64,000 nucleotides of DNA, from contig OX597840.1 of assembly GCA_951406725.2 (NCBI GenBank), positions 30,318,001-30,382,000 of the forward strand, written 5' to 3'. Shown piece by piece: positions 11,942 through 26,054 of this stretch (positions within the stretch are counted from its first letter, which is position 1; the number at the start of each line of letters is the position of its first letter). Below the pieces are notes generated by a model. The model was not told the DNA's origin. It saw nothing but the letters and a program-made list of their open reading frames with translations, and made no database searches. The position numbers and the translations under genes are program-made. Source of the stretch: Octopus vulgaris. Its lineage: Eukaryota.

Positions 11942-12991
11942 TATATATATATACATATATATATATATGTATATATATGTGTGTGTGTATATATATATAT
12001 ATATGCATGTGTGTGTGTGTGTATATATGCATATGTGTGTGTATGTATATATGTTGCTGTAGAAATACAATGACTGTACCAATTGACCCCAGTACCAGTT
12101 TATTATTTTTTTTTTGCCTGGTGCTTATTCTATCAGTTCTCTTTTGCTGACCCTCAAGGTTACTGCGACCTAAACACACCACCAACACTGGTTGTCAAGT
12201 GGTGGTGAGGGACAAACACACACACCTGAAACATACACACACACACACACACGCACACCTGAAACATGCATGCTCACCTATATATATGCTCACCTATATG
12301 CTCACCTATATATATACATGCATTCATACACACTAGTACACACATGCAAATACACTCACACAAACACACACACATACACACATATCAAAAACCCTTGTTG
12401 ATGTCCAGTTTTTGCAACCTGTTTTGGAGAAAGGTAAATTTTTTACCACATGACCAAGCTTCTTTCCACAAAAGATTGGATGTCATTGACACTGCGTGTA
12501 TAACAGTGATACTCATTTACGGCAGCTACTGTGTGATACCAAAAAAAAGGGAGATACAAGCACTTATATACACACACTTCTACATCCTTTGGTACTATAA
12601 AAAAACCGACTTAGTTGCGGGGCCTTGCTTTGTGAGTAACTGGTTACCTCACTAGTGCTGGTGCCACAAAAAATGTACCCATTGCATTCTATAAAGTAGT
12701 TGGCATTAGAAAGTACATCAAGCTGTGGAAGCCATGCTAAAGTAAACATTCAGGTCCTGAATTCCCTTCAGACTTGTTGGTTCTTGTGAAACCATTCCAG
12801 CAACAGAAGAAGTACATTAAATGGCAATGATAATGATGATATATGGGCATGTGATCGTCTGTATGCATATATATATATATGTATATTTATGTATGTGTAT
12901 ATATGTGTATGCATGCATGCATATATATATGTGTGTGTATGTGTGTATGTACGTAAATCTTTCTACTTTCGATCTGCTTATCAATTTATCT

Positions 12992-13091
<100 letters not shown>

Positions 13092-13112
13092 TATACATAT
13101 ATATACATATAC

Positions 13113-13144
<32 letters not shown>

Positions 13145-13160
13145 TTATATATACATATAC

Positions 13161-13192
<32 letters not shown>

Positions 13193-13267
13193 TTATATCT
13201 ATATATATGTATGTATATATATGTATATATATATATATTTATATATATTTATATCTATATATGTATG

Positions 13268-13314
<47 letters not shown>

Positions 13315-13511
13315 ATATATATGTATGTATATATATAAAATCCTCCTTTCTTTCCTTTCCTGAGCATCCAATAACACTATACTTGTTCCACGTCCTCATG
13401 CTGTTGTGTTTTCATGTTTGGATTAACTTTGTATGTATGTATGTATGTATGTATGTATGTATGTATGTACGTATGTATGTATGCATATATGTATGTATAT
13501 ATGTATGTATG

Positions 13512-13555
<44 letters not shown>

Positions 13556-13652
13556 AGACAGACAGACAGAGCAACAAAAACGTGTTTTACATTTTTATAT
13601 TTTCCGATAAAGGCTACACATTTTGCAAGTGTATGTATGGTTTGCACTTGTC

Positions 13653-13696
<44 letters not shown>

Positions 13697-13963
13697 ACAC
13701 AATTATTTCCTTTCCAGTCCATCATTGTGCAAGTCAGTGCTTCTTTTGATGTGGTTATTCTTAATACAAACTCTGTTAACTTCAAGCGCCAGGCTATTTT
13801 ACCATAATTCTAGTCATTTTAAATATATTCTTCAGATAAACATTTTACCATAATTCACAGCTACAGAACAGGAACAGTTCCACTGCCCCGTGGGAAATAA
13901 CCACAAAAATATATTCTTTCATTACCTGCTTTTTTTTCCTGTTCTTTATATTTTTCATCTATA

Positions 13964-14265
13964 TTCTTCTTCTTCTTCTTCTTCTTCTTCTTCTTCTTCT
14001 TCTTCTTCTTCTTTTTCTTCTTCCAATTCTTCTTCTTCTTCTCCTCCTCCTCCTCCTCCTCCTTCTACTTCTTCTTCTCCTTCTTCTCCTTCTTCTTCTT
14101 ATTGTTGTTATTATTATTATTATTATTATTTTATTATTATTATTATTATTATCATTCTTCTTCTACTTCTTCTTCTTCTTATCCTTCTCCTCCTCCTCCT
14201 CCTCCTCCTTCTTCTTCTACTCCTTCTTCTTCTTCTTGTTGTTGTTGTTGTTGTTATTATTATTA

Positions 14266-14307
<42 letters not shown>

Positions 14308-14483
14308 CATTATTATTATTATTATTATCATCATCATCATCATTATTATTATTATTATTATTATTATCATCATCATCATTATTATTATTATTATTATCAT
14401 CATCATCATCATCATCATCATTATTATTATTATTATTATCATCATCATCATTATTTTTATTATTATTATTATTATCATCATCA

Positions 14484-14520
<37 letters not shown>

Positions 14521-14610
14521 CATCATCATCATCATCATTATTATTATTATCATTATTATTATTATTACTATTATTATTATTATTGTCGTTGTTGTTGTTG
14601 TTGTAATTGT
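13964..14610. repeat. Compound trinucleotide tract (TTC/CCT/TTA/TTG/ATC)
   Basis: Direct sequence. Confidence 0.95.
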
Positions 14611-14961
14611 TGCTGTCTTTTATAGTGTTTCTCTTTTATTTCTGGCGTTTTCATATCAATTCATCTTGTTTTTGTTTTATTTCCATTCTCCTAAGTTTAT
14701 TTTAACCATTCCTTTCTTGGAATTCTATTTGGTATTCTTAAAATATCTTTTAACTATTTCCAATATCACAAACCATTTTTCGTTCATATTTTTTCCATAT
14801 TTATATTTTTATTTTCTCTTTCTTTCTGCATAGTGTCTTCATGAAAGCTGACACCGTTTCTCTTTTAATTCTTCTTGGACCAATGTAAAGAATTTTCTCT
14901 TAATTTGCATTCGAATTCAATAATAATTAAAGAAATTTCACAAATAATCAACACTTAGAGT

Positions 14962-15166
14962 CTTACTCTTTTACTTGTTTCAGTCATTTGACTGCGGCCA
15001 TGCTGGAGCACCGCCTTTAGTCGAGCAAATTGACACCGGGACTTATTCTTTGTAAGTCTAGTACTTATTCTATCGGTCTCTTTTGCCGAACCGCTAAGTG
15101 ACGTGGACGTAAACACACCAGCATCGGTTGTCAAGCAATGCTAGGGGGACAAACACAGACACACAA

Positions 15167-15197
<31 letters not shown>

Positions 15198-15357
15198 CAT
15201 ATATACGACAGGCTTCTTTCAGTTTCCGTCTACCAAATCCACTCACAAGGCATTGGTCGGCCCGGGGCTATAGTAGAAGACACTTGCCCAAGATGTCACG
15301 CAGTGGGACTGAACCCGAAACCATGTGGTTGGTTAGCAAGCTACTTACCACACAGCC
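14962..15357 (-). mobile_element. SINE-A near full length, followed by two older tail fragments to ~15870
   Basis: Family match. Confidence 0.88.
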
Positions 15358-15913
15358 TCATTTATCTTGTTTCAGTCATTGGACTGCAGCCATTCTGGGG
15401 CACCATCTTGAAAGGTTTGGTCAAACAAGTCAACCTTATATTTATATTTCTTTTATGCCTTCTACCTACTTTATCTGTCTTTTTTGCAAATTGCAAAGTT
15501 ACAGGGACATAAACAAACCGACACTGGTTGTAAAGTTGTGGTGGGACAAACACAAAAACACATTAACACACACATCTTTTATCTCTCACTTGTTTCAGTC
15601 ATTAGACTGTAGCCATGCTGGAGCACCGCTTCGAAGGACTTTTAGTTGAGTGAATTGACTCAAGAACGTTTTTTCAAAGCCTGGTACTTATTCCATCAAA
15701 CTGCTAAGCTACAGGGATGTAAACACACCAACACTGGTTGTCAAGAGATGATGGGGAACAAACACATGCAAGCACACAGAGACATACATACATAAATATA
15801 CATATACACACACATATATATATATATATAAATTTATATTCGATGGGCTTCTTTCACTGAAGGTTTTGGGCTAACTTGTGTCCGTGCTTGTAATTATTAT
15901 TATTATTGTTTTT

Positions 15914-15994
<81 letters not shown>

Positions 15995-17097
15995 TTCATT
16001 ATCCACTTCTTTCAATTCTGTTTCCATATCTTGCTGAGTGTCTTCCAGACACCTAGAGCAAAGAAACTCACTGTATACTCTGGTAGGCCATTAAAACAAA
16101 CACACCAGATTGTTCATTACAAAGTCATGTGATAGAAGAAAAGGGGGAGAAAAAGACAGGGAGAAAAAAGAAAAAAAGAAGAAAAAAGTAAAAATAGACA
16201 AAGAAAATAACGGAATAAAGGAAAAGAAAATTTACAGCAACAATGCTCTTCTCAGTACGTGTGATGTAGATGTACGAGTTACGACAATCTTTTGTAGTTC
16301 CTGCATGGATGGTCATCCAGGGATCATTCTCAAATAATTTTCAGCTCCATTTTTGATCATTCCAAGTTTTCCTATAATCATTGGTATTGTAACGATCTTA
16401 CAATGCCACATTTTTTCAGTTTCAATCAGCAATTTTAAAATTATTTCCTGAGGGCCTCTACCTGGGACGTACCAGCCCACTTATGCATACCTTTCCTTCT
16501 TGTGACACAAACCCTACTTCTGAAGACCTGTTGAGGCAAGCAATAATCAAAATCGAAATCGATCCACATCAATGGAAATTGCAGCTGTGATACCAGTGCC
16601 GGTGGCACATAAGAGAACAATCTGAACATGGCCATTGCCAGCGCCGCCCCGACTGGCCCCCGTGCCGGTGGCACATAAAAAATACCATCCAACTGTGGCC
16701 GTTGCCAGCCTCGTCTGGTACCTGTGCAGGTGGCACGTAAAAAGCACCCACTACACTCATGGAGTGGTTGGCGTTAGGAAGGACAACCAGCTGTAGAAAC
16801 ACTGTCAGATCAGACCGGGCGTGGCTTCCCAGACCCCAGTTGAACGGTCTAACCCATGCTAGCATGGAAAACGGACGTTAAACCATGATGATGATGATGA
16901 GCTTATCAAATTCTTTTGCCAAGATATTATGATCACAAAGCACACTTATGTCAATCAATAAACTGACTTTATCGTTTTGGTCTTTCAGAATGACATCCGG
17001 TTTATTGGCTTTGATGGTCTGGTCTGTATGTAGTAGAAAGTCTCTGAGAACTGTTTGATTTTCCCCCTCGGTTACAATCTCAGGGTGGTGCTTCTAC

Positions 17098-17099
<2 letters not shown>
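15995..17099 (-). pseudogene. R4/Dong-clade LINE 3' fragment (RLE domain plus 3' UTR), interrupted by an RTE 3' end
   Basis: W*KHHPEIVTEGENQTVLRDFLLHTDQTIKANKPDVILKDQNDKVSLLIDISVLCDHNILAKEFDK (17099-16900) continues as LLIETEKMWHCKIVTIPMIIGKLGMIK...QELQKIV..SHVLRRALLL* (16432-16232); PD..D motif; flanked by (TAA)n. Confidence 0.88.
16453..16900 (+). mobile_element. RTE 3' end (family D) nested in the R4/Dong fragment
   Basis: Three hairpin modules, GGTTGGCGTTAGGAAGG, (GAT)n tail; TGAG at both junctions. Confidence 0.85.
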
Positions 17100-17128
<29 letters not shown>

Positions 17129-17744
17129 GAGTGAGAGAGCAGTGCATACCATCAAAGTGACACTGGGGTAAAATATACGAAGCCCAGTATACACATCATG
17201 ACTACCCGTCTGATAAGAGCACACCAGACACATGCATCACAACCTTATGCACGACATGGTGATCTTCATATCAAGATAAACAGCATATGACCTTGCAGGT
17301 GGGACCCAGTTAGAATTTTCTTCTGGTCAAGTAACCCATCCCACTCAAAAGGTCCCTGAATAAGGATGGTTGTTTAAGGATGTTCAAAGTGACACTGGGT
17401 AAATATACGAAGCCCAGTATCCCATCATGAACCCGTCTGAAACACCCATGTTTCCAGAGGTGAATTCTTCAAACACTGAATAACGGTGTTTGGATGTTGA
17501 GCAAGAATCCCTCTCAACACATGGCTATGATGCTACCCCACTACTTCCGCTCGTGATCAGAGATGCACATATCGTCAGCCACTAAGGGACATGGTGAACT
17601 GGTTAAGTTTAAACAACTGACAAGCAAATCTGTGGTATTGAGCAGAATATTTGCTGTGACCCATCTTTCATATACCAAGACAAAACAATGTACATGATAA
17701 CACTTCCAATCAGTTAAGATCAGAAGCCACAAGAGCCACTGTCT

Positions 17745-17746
<2 letters not shown>
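17129..17746. mobile_element. Unclassified ~620-bp non-coding element inserted in (TTA)n
   Basis: Complex sequence bounded on both sides by TTA tracts, no recognisable ORF; contains noisy internal duplications. Confidence 0.45.
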
Positions 17747-17782
<36 letters not shown>

Positions 17783-17783
<1 letters not shown>

Positions 17784-18027
17784 TGTTTGACTTTTGCTTT
17801 ATATTTGTACAAGTCGGCTCCAAGTCTCACCCAGAGACCTCAAGAGACAACAGGGTTGGAAGTTCATGTTGTTGTTATGCCTAGTGTGCCATATATTTGG
17901 GGGTTGGGATGTTGTACTAATGAATGTCTAAAAAAAAAAAAAAGTGGGGGGGTTTAAACCGAAAATTATGTGCCCATTGTTTTAAACCTTGAGATTACAT
18001 GAAAGTATTTTGCGTAGGATATGAGCA

Positions 18028-18030
<3 letters not shown>
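17783..18030 (-). mobile_element. Second R4/Dong subfamily extreme 3' end
   Basis: Minus strand starts ACTGCTCATATCCTACGCAAAATACTTTCA = TAHILRKILS, then a distinct UTR and (TAA)n. Confidence 0.75.
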
Positions 18031-18084
<54 letters not shown>

Positions 18085-18406
18085 TTATGATTATTATTAT
18101 TATTATTATTATTATTATTGAGGCAGTGAACTGTGAGAAATGTTAGCATGCCTGGGTTAAATGCTTATTGGCATTTGTCATTCTGAGCACAAAACCCGCT
18201 GAGGTCGACTTTGCTTTTATCCTTTTGGGGTCAATTAAATAAGCACCAGCGGAGTACTGGAGTCGATGTAATTGACTAGCCCCCTCCCCTAAAATTTCAG
18301 GTCTTGTGCTCATAGTAAAAAAGATTATTATTTTTATTATTATTTATTTTTAAAGGCGAGATTCAAAGTAAGTAATGCAATAAATAATATGTAAATTATT
18401 ATAATA

Positions 18407-18440
<34 letters not shown>

Positions 18441-18903
18441 TATAATAATAATATGTAAATACTGGGTTCAACAAATTTTTAGATAGAAAAAGTCAATGGC
18501 CTGTCTGTGGCACACAAACCCACATCTGTAAACATGCCAGAAGCTCTACCATTATACCAAAGCAACCCTTTGTAGTTTCTTCCATCCTCTTTAGAAGCTT
18601 TCTTCTTACTAACAAATATTGGTATGCTGTTTATGTCGTAAGAATTCAGAAACTTTAAGAGATATGAAATAAATCGTTTTTAACAGTGAAGCTCAAAGCA
18701 GATAAAGTTATAAATGACGGTGTCGAATTTTGGCACAAGACCAGTATGCTCAGGGGAGCGTAGTCCTTATTTTATCAACCCCAAAATAATGAAAAGGAAA
18801 AGCTGACCTTGGCAGAATTTGAAATCAGAATATAAAGCTTGTCTGGCATGCTAACGATTCTGCCAGCTCCCCACCTACCTAATAATAATAATAATAATAA
18901 TAA

Positions 18904-19263
18904 TCAATACCGGCAGATGACAACGTGTCTCTAAAAGAAATGGAGAAACTTTCAAAATACAAAGACCTGGAAATAGAGGTAACCAGAATGTGGAATCTAA
19001 AAACAGAAACAATTCCTATCATAGTAGGTGCATTAGGCATGATAAAAAAATATTCAGACAAATCCATAACAAAAACACCAGGACTTACAAACACATATAA
19101 CATACAGAAAATTGCACTACTAGGCACTGCACACATCCTACGCAGAACACTTTCCATACAATAACCATCAGAGCATCACAACAAATCACAGCACATACCC
19201 AAGGCACACAGAGCTGCGCTCGGTAGTGAAGTGAAAGCACGCTATAAAAATAAAACTACTGAA
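18904..19263 (+). pseudogene. Third R4/Dong subfamily 3' fragment, uninterrupted ORF end
   Basis: SIPADDNVSLKEMEKLSKYKDLEIEVTRMWNLKTETIPIIVGALGMIKK...IQKIALLGTAHILRRTLSIQ*; (TAA)n on both sides. Confidence 0.9.
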
Positions 19264-19265
19264 TG

Positions 19266-19296
<31 letters not shown>

Positions 19297-20490
19297 TGAT
19301 GATGATGACGATGACGATGATGATGATGATGATGATCTAAAAACAGAAACAATTCCTATCATAGTAGGTGAGGATGATAAAACAAATATTCCGAAATACA
19401 TCAGCAAAAACACCAGGACTTACAAACACATATAACATACAGAAAATTGCACTACTAGGTCATTAGTTTTTGAAGAAGTGGGTTGTGTCAATAATAATAA
19501 TAATGATGATGATGATGACGATGACGATGATGATGATGATGATGATTTCAAAGTTTTGGTGGAGGAGCTCCAAACAAACTTCCGAACCACTCAGCAACCC
19601 ATACCTGCACCCCGCAATTAAGCCAGTACCTAGGTCATTAGTTTTTGAAGAAGTGGGTTGTGTCAATAATATCAATGGCAACACTTAATCTCAGCAGAAC
19701 TTCAGCCTCAGAATTTTAAGGGCCATAACGGAATGACATAAGATTTTGTGTCCAACATATTAACGATTCGGCCAGTGATTGTTGTGAAGAAAAGAAAAGA
19801 TAAATCCATTTTATTTTCAAATCCTTTTGTTACACCCAAACATCCTTTGAACAACGACTGACCTTTTAAACGTTAAGGTCTTCCATACTTTGATTGTCTT
19901 AGCTATGGAAGATCATCCGTAGTGAATGAATTATCGAAGCCATGATCTTTTGTCATGAATCTCCATGAATCTCAAGTCCATTTAGGCTTTGATCTAAACA
20001 AGATTTTCCATTATCAATAGAATAACCTGTTATTTCATCGATAATTGCTATGTAAAAGTTGAAAGGCTAGATTCTGTAATGCATTTTAAATCCTTGATCA
20101 TAAGTTTAGAGATGTTAACTTTCTTTTATTAAACACATTTGACCGGATTTACGTCAAATCGGCAACGGATTTCTACAATGAAGCATATAATGAGTGTCAT
20201 GTTGGTTACAGGTTCAATTCCCACTGAGGACAATCTGTAATTTAGTGTATTTCTGGTATTTGATGATAGGAGTAACACAAGGTACCCTCAACTTGGTCCA
20301 ATGCATACAGAGTCCTTCAAAACTGTAAACTTACCTACCCACCCACCCTCTCTGATACTGTGTTTCTAACCTTTCATATACTCATCTTGTATCTAAAGGG
20401 GGCATTCTGATATATCATTGCCATCATTTTTTTCCCTTTTCCCAGTTGACCAGCTGAAGTTGCCATGTATCTCCTCTTCAGTGAGATTAT

Positions 20491-20787
20491 TTGTTCCTTC
20501 TCGAGCCATGCTTGGTTCATAGGGCTGGTTTCACAGTTTCCGGGCATATAGGCTCCTCACCTGGACAGGACACTGGTCCATCACAGGTGAGCTACAAGAT
20601 GCAGGAGGAAAGAGTGAGAGAAAATGTTGTGGCGAAAGAGTTAGCAGAAGTTCGCCATTACCTTCTGCTGGAGCCTCGTGGAGTTTAGGCGTTTTGCTCA
20701 TAATCACACGCATCGCCCAGTCTGAGATTGAACCCACGAATACTCGACCACGAGCCACTGCTCTAACCACTAGGCCATGCGCCTCCA
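20491..20787 (-). mobile_element. SINE-C variant with a different 3' tail; TSD TCAGTGAGAT
   Basis: Head and AAACTCCACGAGGCTCCAGCAG core as SINE-C but ends ..CATGGCTCGAGAAGGAACAA; TSD at 20478-20487 and 20791-20800. Confidence 0.82.
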
Positions 20788-20817
20788 CCGTCAGTGAGAT
20801 ATCAATAATATATCCAT

Positions 20818-20818
<1 letters not shown>

Positions 20819-20890
<72 letters not shown>

Positions 20891-20901
20891 CAAATAGACA
20901 A

Positions 20902-20963
<62 letters not shown>
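20819..20963. repeat. (GATA)n microsatellite
   Basis: Direct sequence. Confidence 0.97.
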
Positions 20964-21457
20964 CATTGGTAAATCATAAATCCAAAAGAGAAGCACACTC
21001 TAAGTTATAGAGCAGTATAGTATAAATATATATAAGACTGGTCTATGGGATTGCCCTGGGTTTCATGTCCATAAAGCACTTAATTTTTCAACATATCATC
21101 AGACCCCAAAACCTGTTGGCACATGACCTCTCTAACAAGTGGCCTCTCTAGAAAATGGAGGAGGAAAAGGCTTCATTACTCTATGTCAACTATAGGGGAC
21201 TGTCTCTCTTTGACTATTATTCATAATCAACTGTGTTATTGTGCGGGTCCCACAAGCAATTTCTTTAAGTGTAGACAGGATCTGCAGATTTCCATTCTGG
21301 AGTTAAGGATGTTCCCCGAGTTGAGGGACTCCTTTAATATCCTCGTCTGTTTAGCTATAGACAGTTTGCAACACTTACATACATACATCCATAAATATAT
21401 AGACATATATATATACTTATATATATACACACAAGGTCATATATATATATATATATA

Positions 21458-21820
21458 CTCTTTTACTCTTTTACTTGTTTCAGTCATTTGACTGCGGCCA
21501 TGCTGGAGCACTGCCTTTAGTTGAGCAAATCGACCCGAGGACTTATTCTTTGTAAACCTAGTACTTATTCTGTCAGTCTCTTTTGCCAAACCGCTAAGTT
21601 ACGGGGACATAAACACACCAGCATCGGTTGTCAAGCAATGTTGGGGAGACAAACACAGACACACAAACATATACACACACATACATATATAAGACAGGCT
21701 TCTTTCAGTTTCCGTCTACCAAATCCACTCACAAGAAGACACTTGCCCAAGATGCCACACAGTGGGACTGTACCCGGAACCATGTGGTTGGTGAGCAAGC
21801 TACTTACCACACAGCCACTC
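21458..21820 (-). mobile_element. SINE-A (small internal deletion)
   Basis: Family match. Confidence 0.9.
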
Positions 21821-21976
21821 AAATTAGAAAAAAAACTACCTTATATCAATTCAATAATGAAAAATTAAATTATACCATTTAGAAAAATTACATATTATAG
21901 AAAGATTAGATATAAGATAAAACATATAACAATGATTAAGTAATGTGCAAAATAGTAAATAAAATGTATATATATA

Positions 21977-22363
21977 GGCGCAGGAGTGGCTGTGTGGTAA
22001 GTAGCTTGCTAACCAACCACATGGTTCCGGGTTCAGTCCCACTGCGTGGCATCTTGGGCAAGTGTCTTCTGCTATAGCCCTGGGCCGACCAATGCCTTGT
22101 GAGTGGATTTGGTAGACGGAAACTGAAAGAAGCCTGTCGTATGTATGTATATGTATGTATATATATGTATATGTATGTGTATGTGTCTGTGTTTGTATCC
22201 CTAGCATTGCTTGACAACCGATGCTGATGTGTTTACGTCCCCGTCACTTAGCGGTTCAGCAAAAGAGACCGATAGAATAAGTACTGGGCTTACAAAGAAG
22301 TTGCTCGACTAAAGGCGGTGCTCCAGCATGGCCGCAGTCAAATGACTGAAACATGTAAATGAG
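21977..22363 (+). mobile_element. SINE-A, head-to-head with previous copy
   Basis: Family match. Confidence 0.9.
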
Positions 22364-22661
22364 TATATATATATAAATGCTTAGTTCTATGTGTGTGTAT
22401 GTGTGTGTGTCTATGACAATCTGATGAAAGCTCAGCTGGTTGAAACTTTGAAGTTCCTGCCAATATCATTTATGTTAAAGAATAAAACATTTATACTATA
22501 ACAAATGTATTCAATAATCCTTCAGTTCAATGTAAAATTGTTTCTATTATCACATAAAAACAAACATTGATATATATATATGATTGTGTGCATGTCTGTA
22601 TGGTATATGTACATATATGTCTATGTATTTATGTATGTGTGTGTGTGTGTGTGTGTGTGTA

Positions 22662-22900
22662 TGAAATCTGTTCTGTCTGTCTGTGTGTGTATGTGTGTCT
22701 TCTAGGATCTCGGGCATCCTCCATCCGATTGCGCTCAAATTTGATATGTAGATACCAACAGTATCATGGCGTGTATAAGTCTTGAAAACATTACAAAAAT
22801 CGATTCCAGGTGAGAATGCGATCAATAAAACCATGGGAATGTGCATTTGTATGTGCAAGTACATCAGCACCATCCATAGAACGCGGGGTGTATTTTGCTC
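22662..22900 (+). mobile_element. Degenerate non-autonomous Helitron-like element
   Basis: (GTCT)n-like start, CATCCGATTGCGCTCAAATTTG motif like the CCGATT..AAACTTG motif of the Helitron at 43109, decayed AACGCGGGG..TGCT end. Confidence 0.45.
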
Positions 22901-23242
22901 ATATATATATATATATATATGTATACATAGTAACTGCTTTCTTGTATACAAGCAAGGCCAATACTGGAAAGAATCACTGAAATGAGTCATTGATGGTGCA
23001 AAGTGAGGCCCCTGTATGGCGCTTGAGGTGGGCAAAAGATTTTCACATTCTATAGCATAATGCACACCTGTGCTGGTCGGCTGAAGGAACAGTATGAACC
23101 CTTTTGACATATGTGTATAAATATATCCCTAAGACCTTAGCGGATCTATTTCTAGCATAAGTGTGTCCACATAGTAGTTTCCCTCTAATATGTATATATC
23201 CCTATATATTTATGTGTGTGTGTGTGTGTGTGTGTATATATA

Positions 23243-23470
23243 CATGGGGTGGGGGCTGAAGGGTTCCTGGCTTTGGGTAAAAGAAAATACAGGAGGATCA
23301 GTTAATTAGGATTTTATTCAACGTAGTCCCTTCTCAGATACCCACACTTATCACAGTGGTCCTTCAGGGTTTCTAAGCCCTGTAAAAGAACTTGGAAGGT
23401 CGGGCCTCCAACCAGGCCTTTCACAATACCCAATACCCTTAAAACAGGAAATTTTCAGCCCCACCTCATA
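23243..23470. mobile_element. Mariner-type MITE (second copy 57576-57796)
   Basis: TIRs GGGGCTGAAGGGTTCCTG / CAGGAAATTTTCAGCCCCACCTCATA with TA end. Confidence 0.78.
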
Positions 23471-23537
23471 CGCACCCACATGCAAATACATACATACATG
23501 CATACATACATACATACATACATACATACATACATAC

Positions 23538-23570
<33 letters not shown>

Positions 23571-24731
23571 CATACATACATACATTTACATACATACATA
23601 TATGCATGCATACATACATACATACATACATACATACATACATACATACATACATACATGCATACATACATACATACATACATACATACATTTAAATACA
23701 TACATACATACATTTACATACATACATACATACATATATACATACATACATACATACATGCCTACATACATACATACATACATACATTTACATACATGCA
23801 TACATACATTTACATACATGCATATATACATACATACATACATACATACAAATATATATATATATATACACACACACACAAGGGGTGCTGAAAAGTTCCT
23901 GTTATTCATACACACACACATGTATATATATATATACGTATAATTGTGTGTGTGTGTGTGTTTGTGTGTCTATATGCATGTATGTATATAAATATGTATA
24001 CATGTATACATGTATACATGTATATCGATACCTACTTGTGTTGCGTATTCCTAGCATGCCTCATTGTATAAAACAAACTTCAAATAAAGATAACAGATCT
24101 ATTATGTTATTATTTGTCAGCTTTTATATTTCACATGAAACAGAATTTCTGCGTGGTTTGCAGATAGTAACCTTTTGTTGATATGGGGGAAATAGCTGAT
24201 AAACAATTAAATTTGCCAGGTAAAGACTGCATCTCAATGAATGTAGAACATGCCAGAATAAATTACAGTGTACAGCTAAAGAAAGAAATTTAGTCAACTG
24301 AACGAAAAAATTTTTTATAAAAAATACTCAAGTTCTGTGTGACAAACGAATTATGTATGTATACCAGATAATAGCAAATGTTTTTTATGGCAATAATCAT
24401 GTAAGTTTAGTGTGTGATGTCACTGTAAAACCGTATTTGTTATAAAGGAAAACGCATGTGAGAGGAAACAGTGACTTGAAAAAAACGTAGGGTGTGAAAG
24501 AATTGGAATAAACAGGCAGCTGGGTGCCTTTCCTGTTGCTAACTTTTAATTTTGTTTTTTTTTGGGGTTTTTTTCTTGTAAGGAATCTTATTGTTTAACA
24601 TGTCTTTGAATAGATGACAACAGTATCATCACCAGCAGCATGTGACCTTCGTAGGACCCAGATGAAAATGCACACATGCATCTTCATGTGCGCATGCACA
24701 CACATAAATATATACATTTTTTATGAGTGTG

Positions 24732-24792
<61 letters not shown>

Positions 24793-24826
24793 GTATATCA
24801 TCATCATCATCATCATCATCGTTTAC

Positions 24827-24858
<32 letters not shown>

Positions 24859-24870
24859 GTATATATATAT

Positions 24871-24907
<37 letters not shown>

Positions 24908-25020
24908 CGTATATATGTATATATATATATATGTATATATATATGTATATACAAATTAGTAAATAATTAGTATATATGTATATATATATCTATATCTATA
25001 TGTATATGTATATATATAAG

Positions 25021-25068
<48 letters not shown>

Positions 25069-25439
25069 AATAGATAAGTGTATATTTCCCTTGTTAACAA
25101 CATGGAAAAAATAGATAAACAGTTACCAGGGTAGTAAAAAATCCCACAAGTAAAGAGGTTGTAACTCCTTGTTTTTAAAGGTAGAAACTCCAGGTTTACG
25201 AGGGATTTTTTGTATAATATATAAATAAATGGAATTTAACGCAGGTATAATTCAAGTGTATGTATATGTACATGCATATGTATACATTACATGTGTGTGT
25301 GTGTATGAATAACAGGAGCTTTTCAGCACCCCTTGTGTGTGTACACATATATATATATATATGTATGTATGTATGTATGTATATATGCATGTATGTATGT
25401 ATTTGCATGTGTGTGCTTATGAGGTGGGGCTGAAAATTT

Positions 25440-25600
25440 CCTTTTTTCTATTTTCTCTCTGTGCATATTTCTGTGTTCCTTTCTGTTGAAGAGCGTAGGC
25501 TCAAAACATAAAAGACTTTCTCACTTCCCAAGCATTAAACTAATACATCTGTTTGCTGTTTTTTGTCTTTGTCTTTTGTTTTTTTTTTGTAAATACTCAC
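25440..25600 (+). mobile_element. Hammerhead-bearing stub, family H2 (copies 51266-51460, 54320-54513; partial 50560-50645)
   Basis: CTTT-CTGTTGA-A-GAGC GTAG GCTC-AAAACATA-AAAG at 25479-25514 with CpG-type decay; shared flanks. Confidence 0.6.
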
Positions 25601-25608
25601 TATATATA

Positions 25609-25677
<69 letters not shown>

Positions 25678-25714
25678 GTGTGTGTGTGTATATATATATA
25701 TGTGTGTGTGTGCG

Positions 25715-25761
<47 letters not shown>

Positions 25762-25919
25762 GTATGTGTGTGAGAGTGTATATATATATAAAAACACTCC
25801 TGTCACCACTTTGGACCTTGAAGACTGCTTAAATGCAAGAAAGTATACTAGTCCCCTAATATTTGATATTCAATATTTCATCTATTCAATAAGACAAACA
25901 ATACTTCATTTCATTTTGC

Positions 25920-25950
<31 letters not shown>

Positions 25951-26054
25951 TTTATACTATATATTCTATATTCTACATTAATATTATAAAGAATATAAAT
26001 AAAACATAAAAAAACAGAGTTGGAATTCCTTTGAATAATATATATATATATATA

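Noticed and set aside
17385-17505. Internal mosaic duplications (also 19336-19495 and 42699-42875)
   Set aside because: Copies differ from adjacent originals mainly by scattered small indels, typical of long-read consensus errors; not treated as biology without reads.
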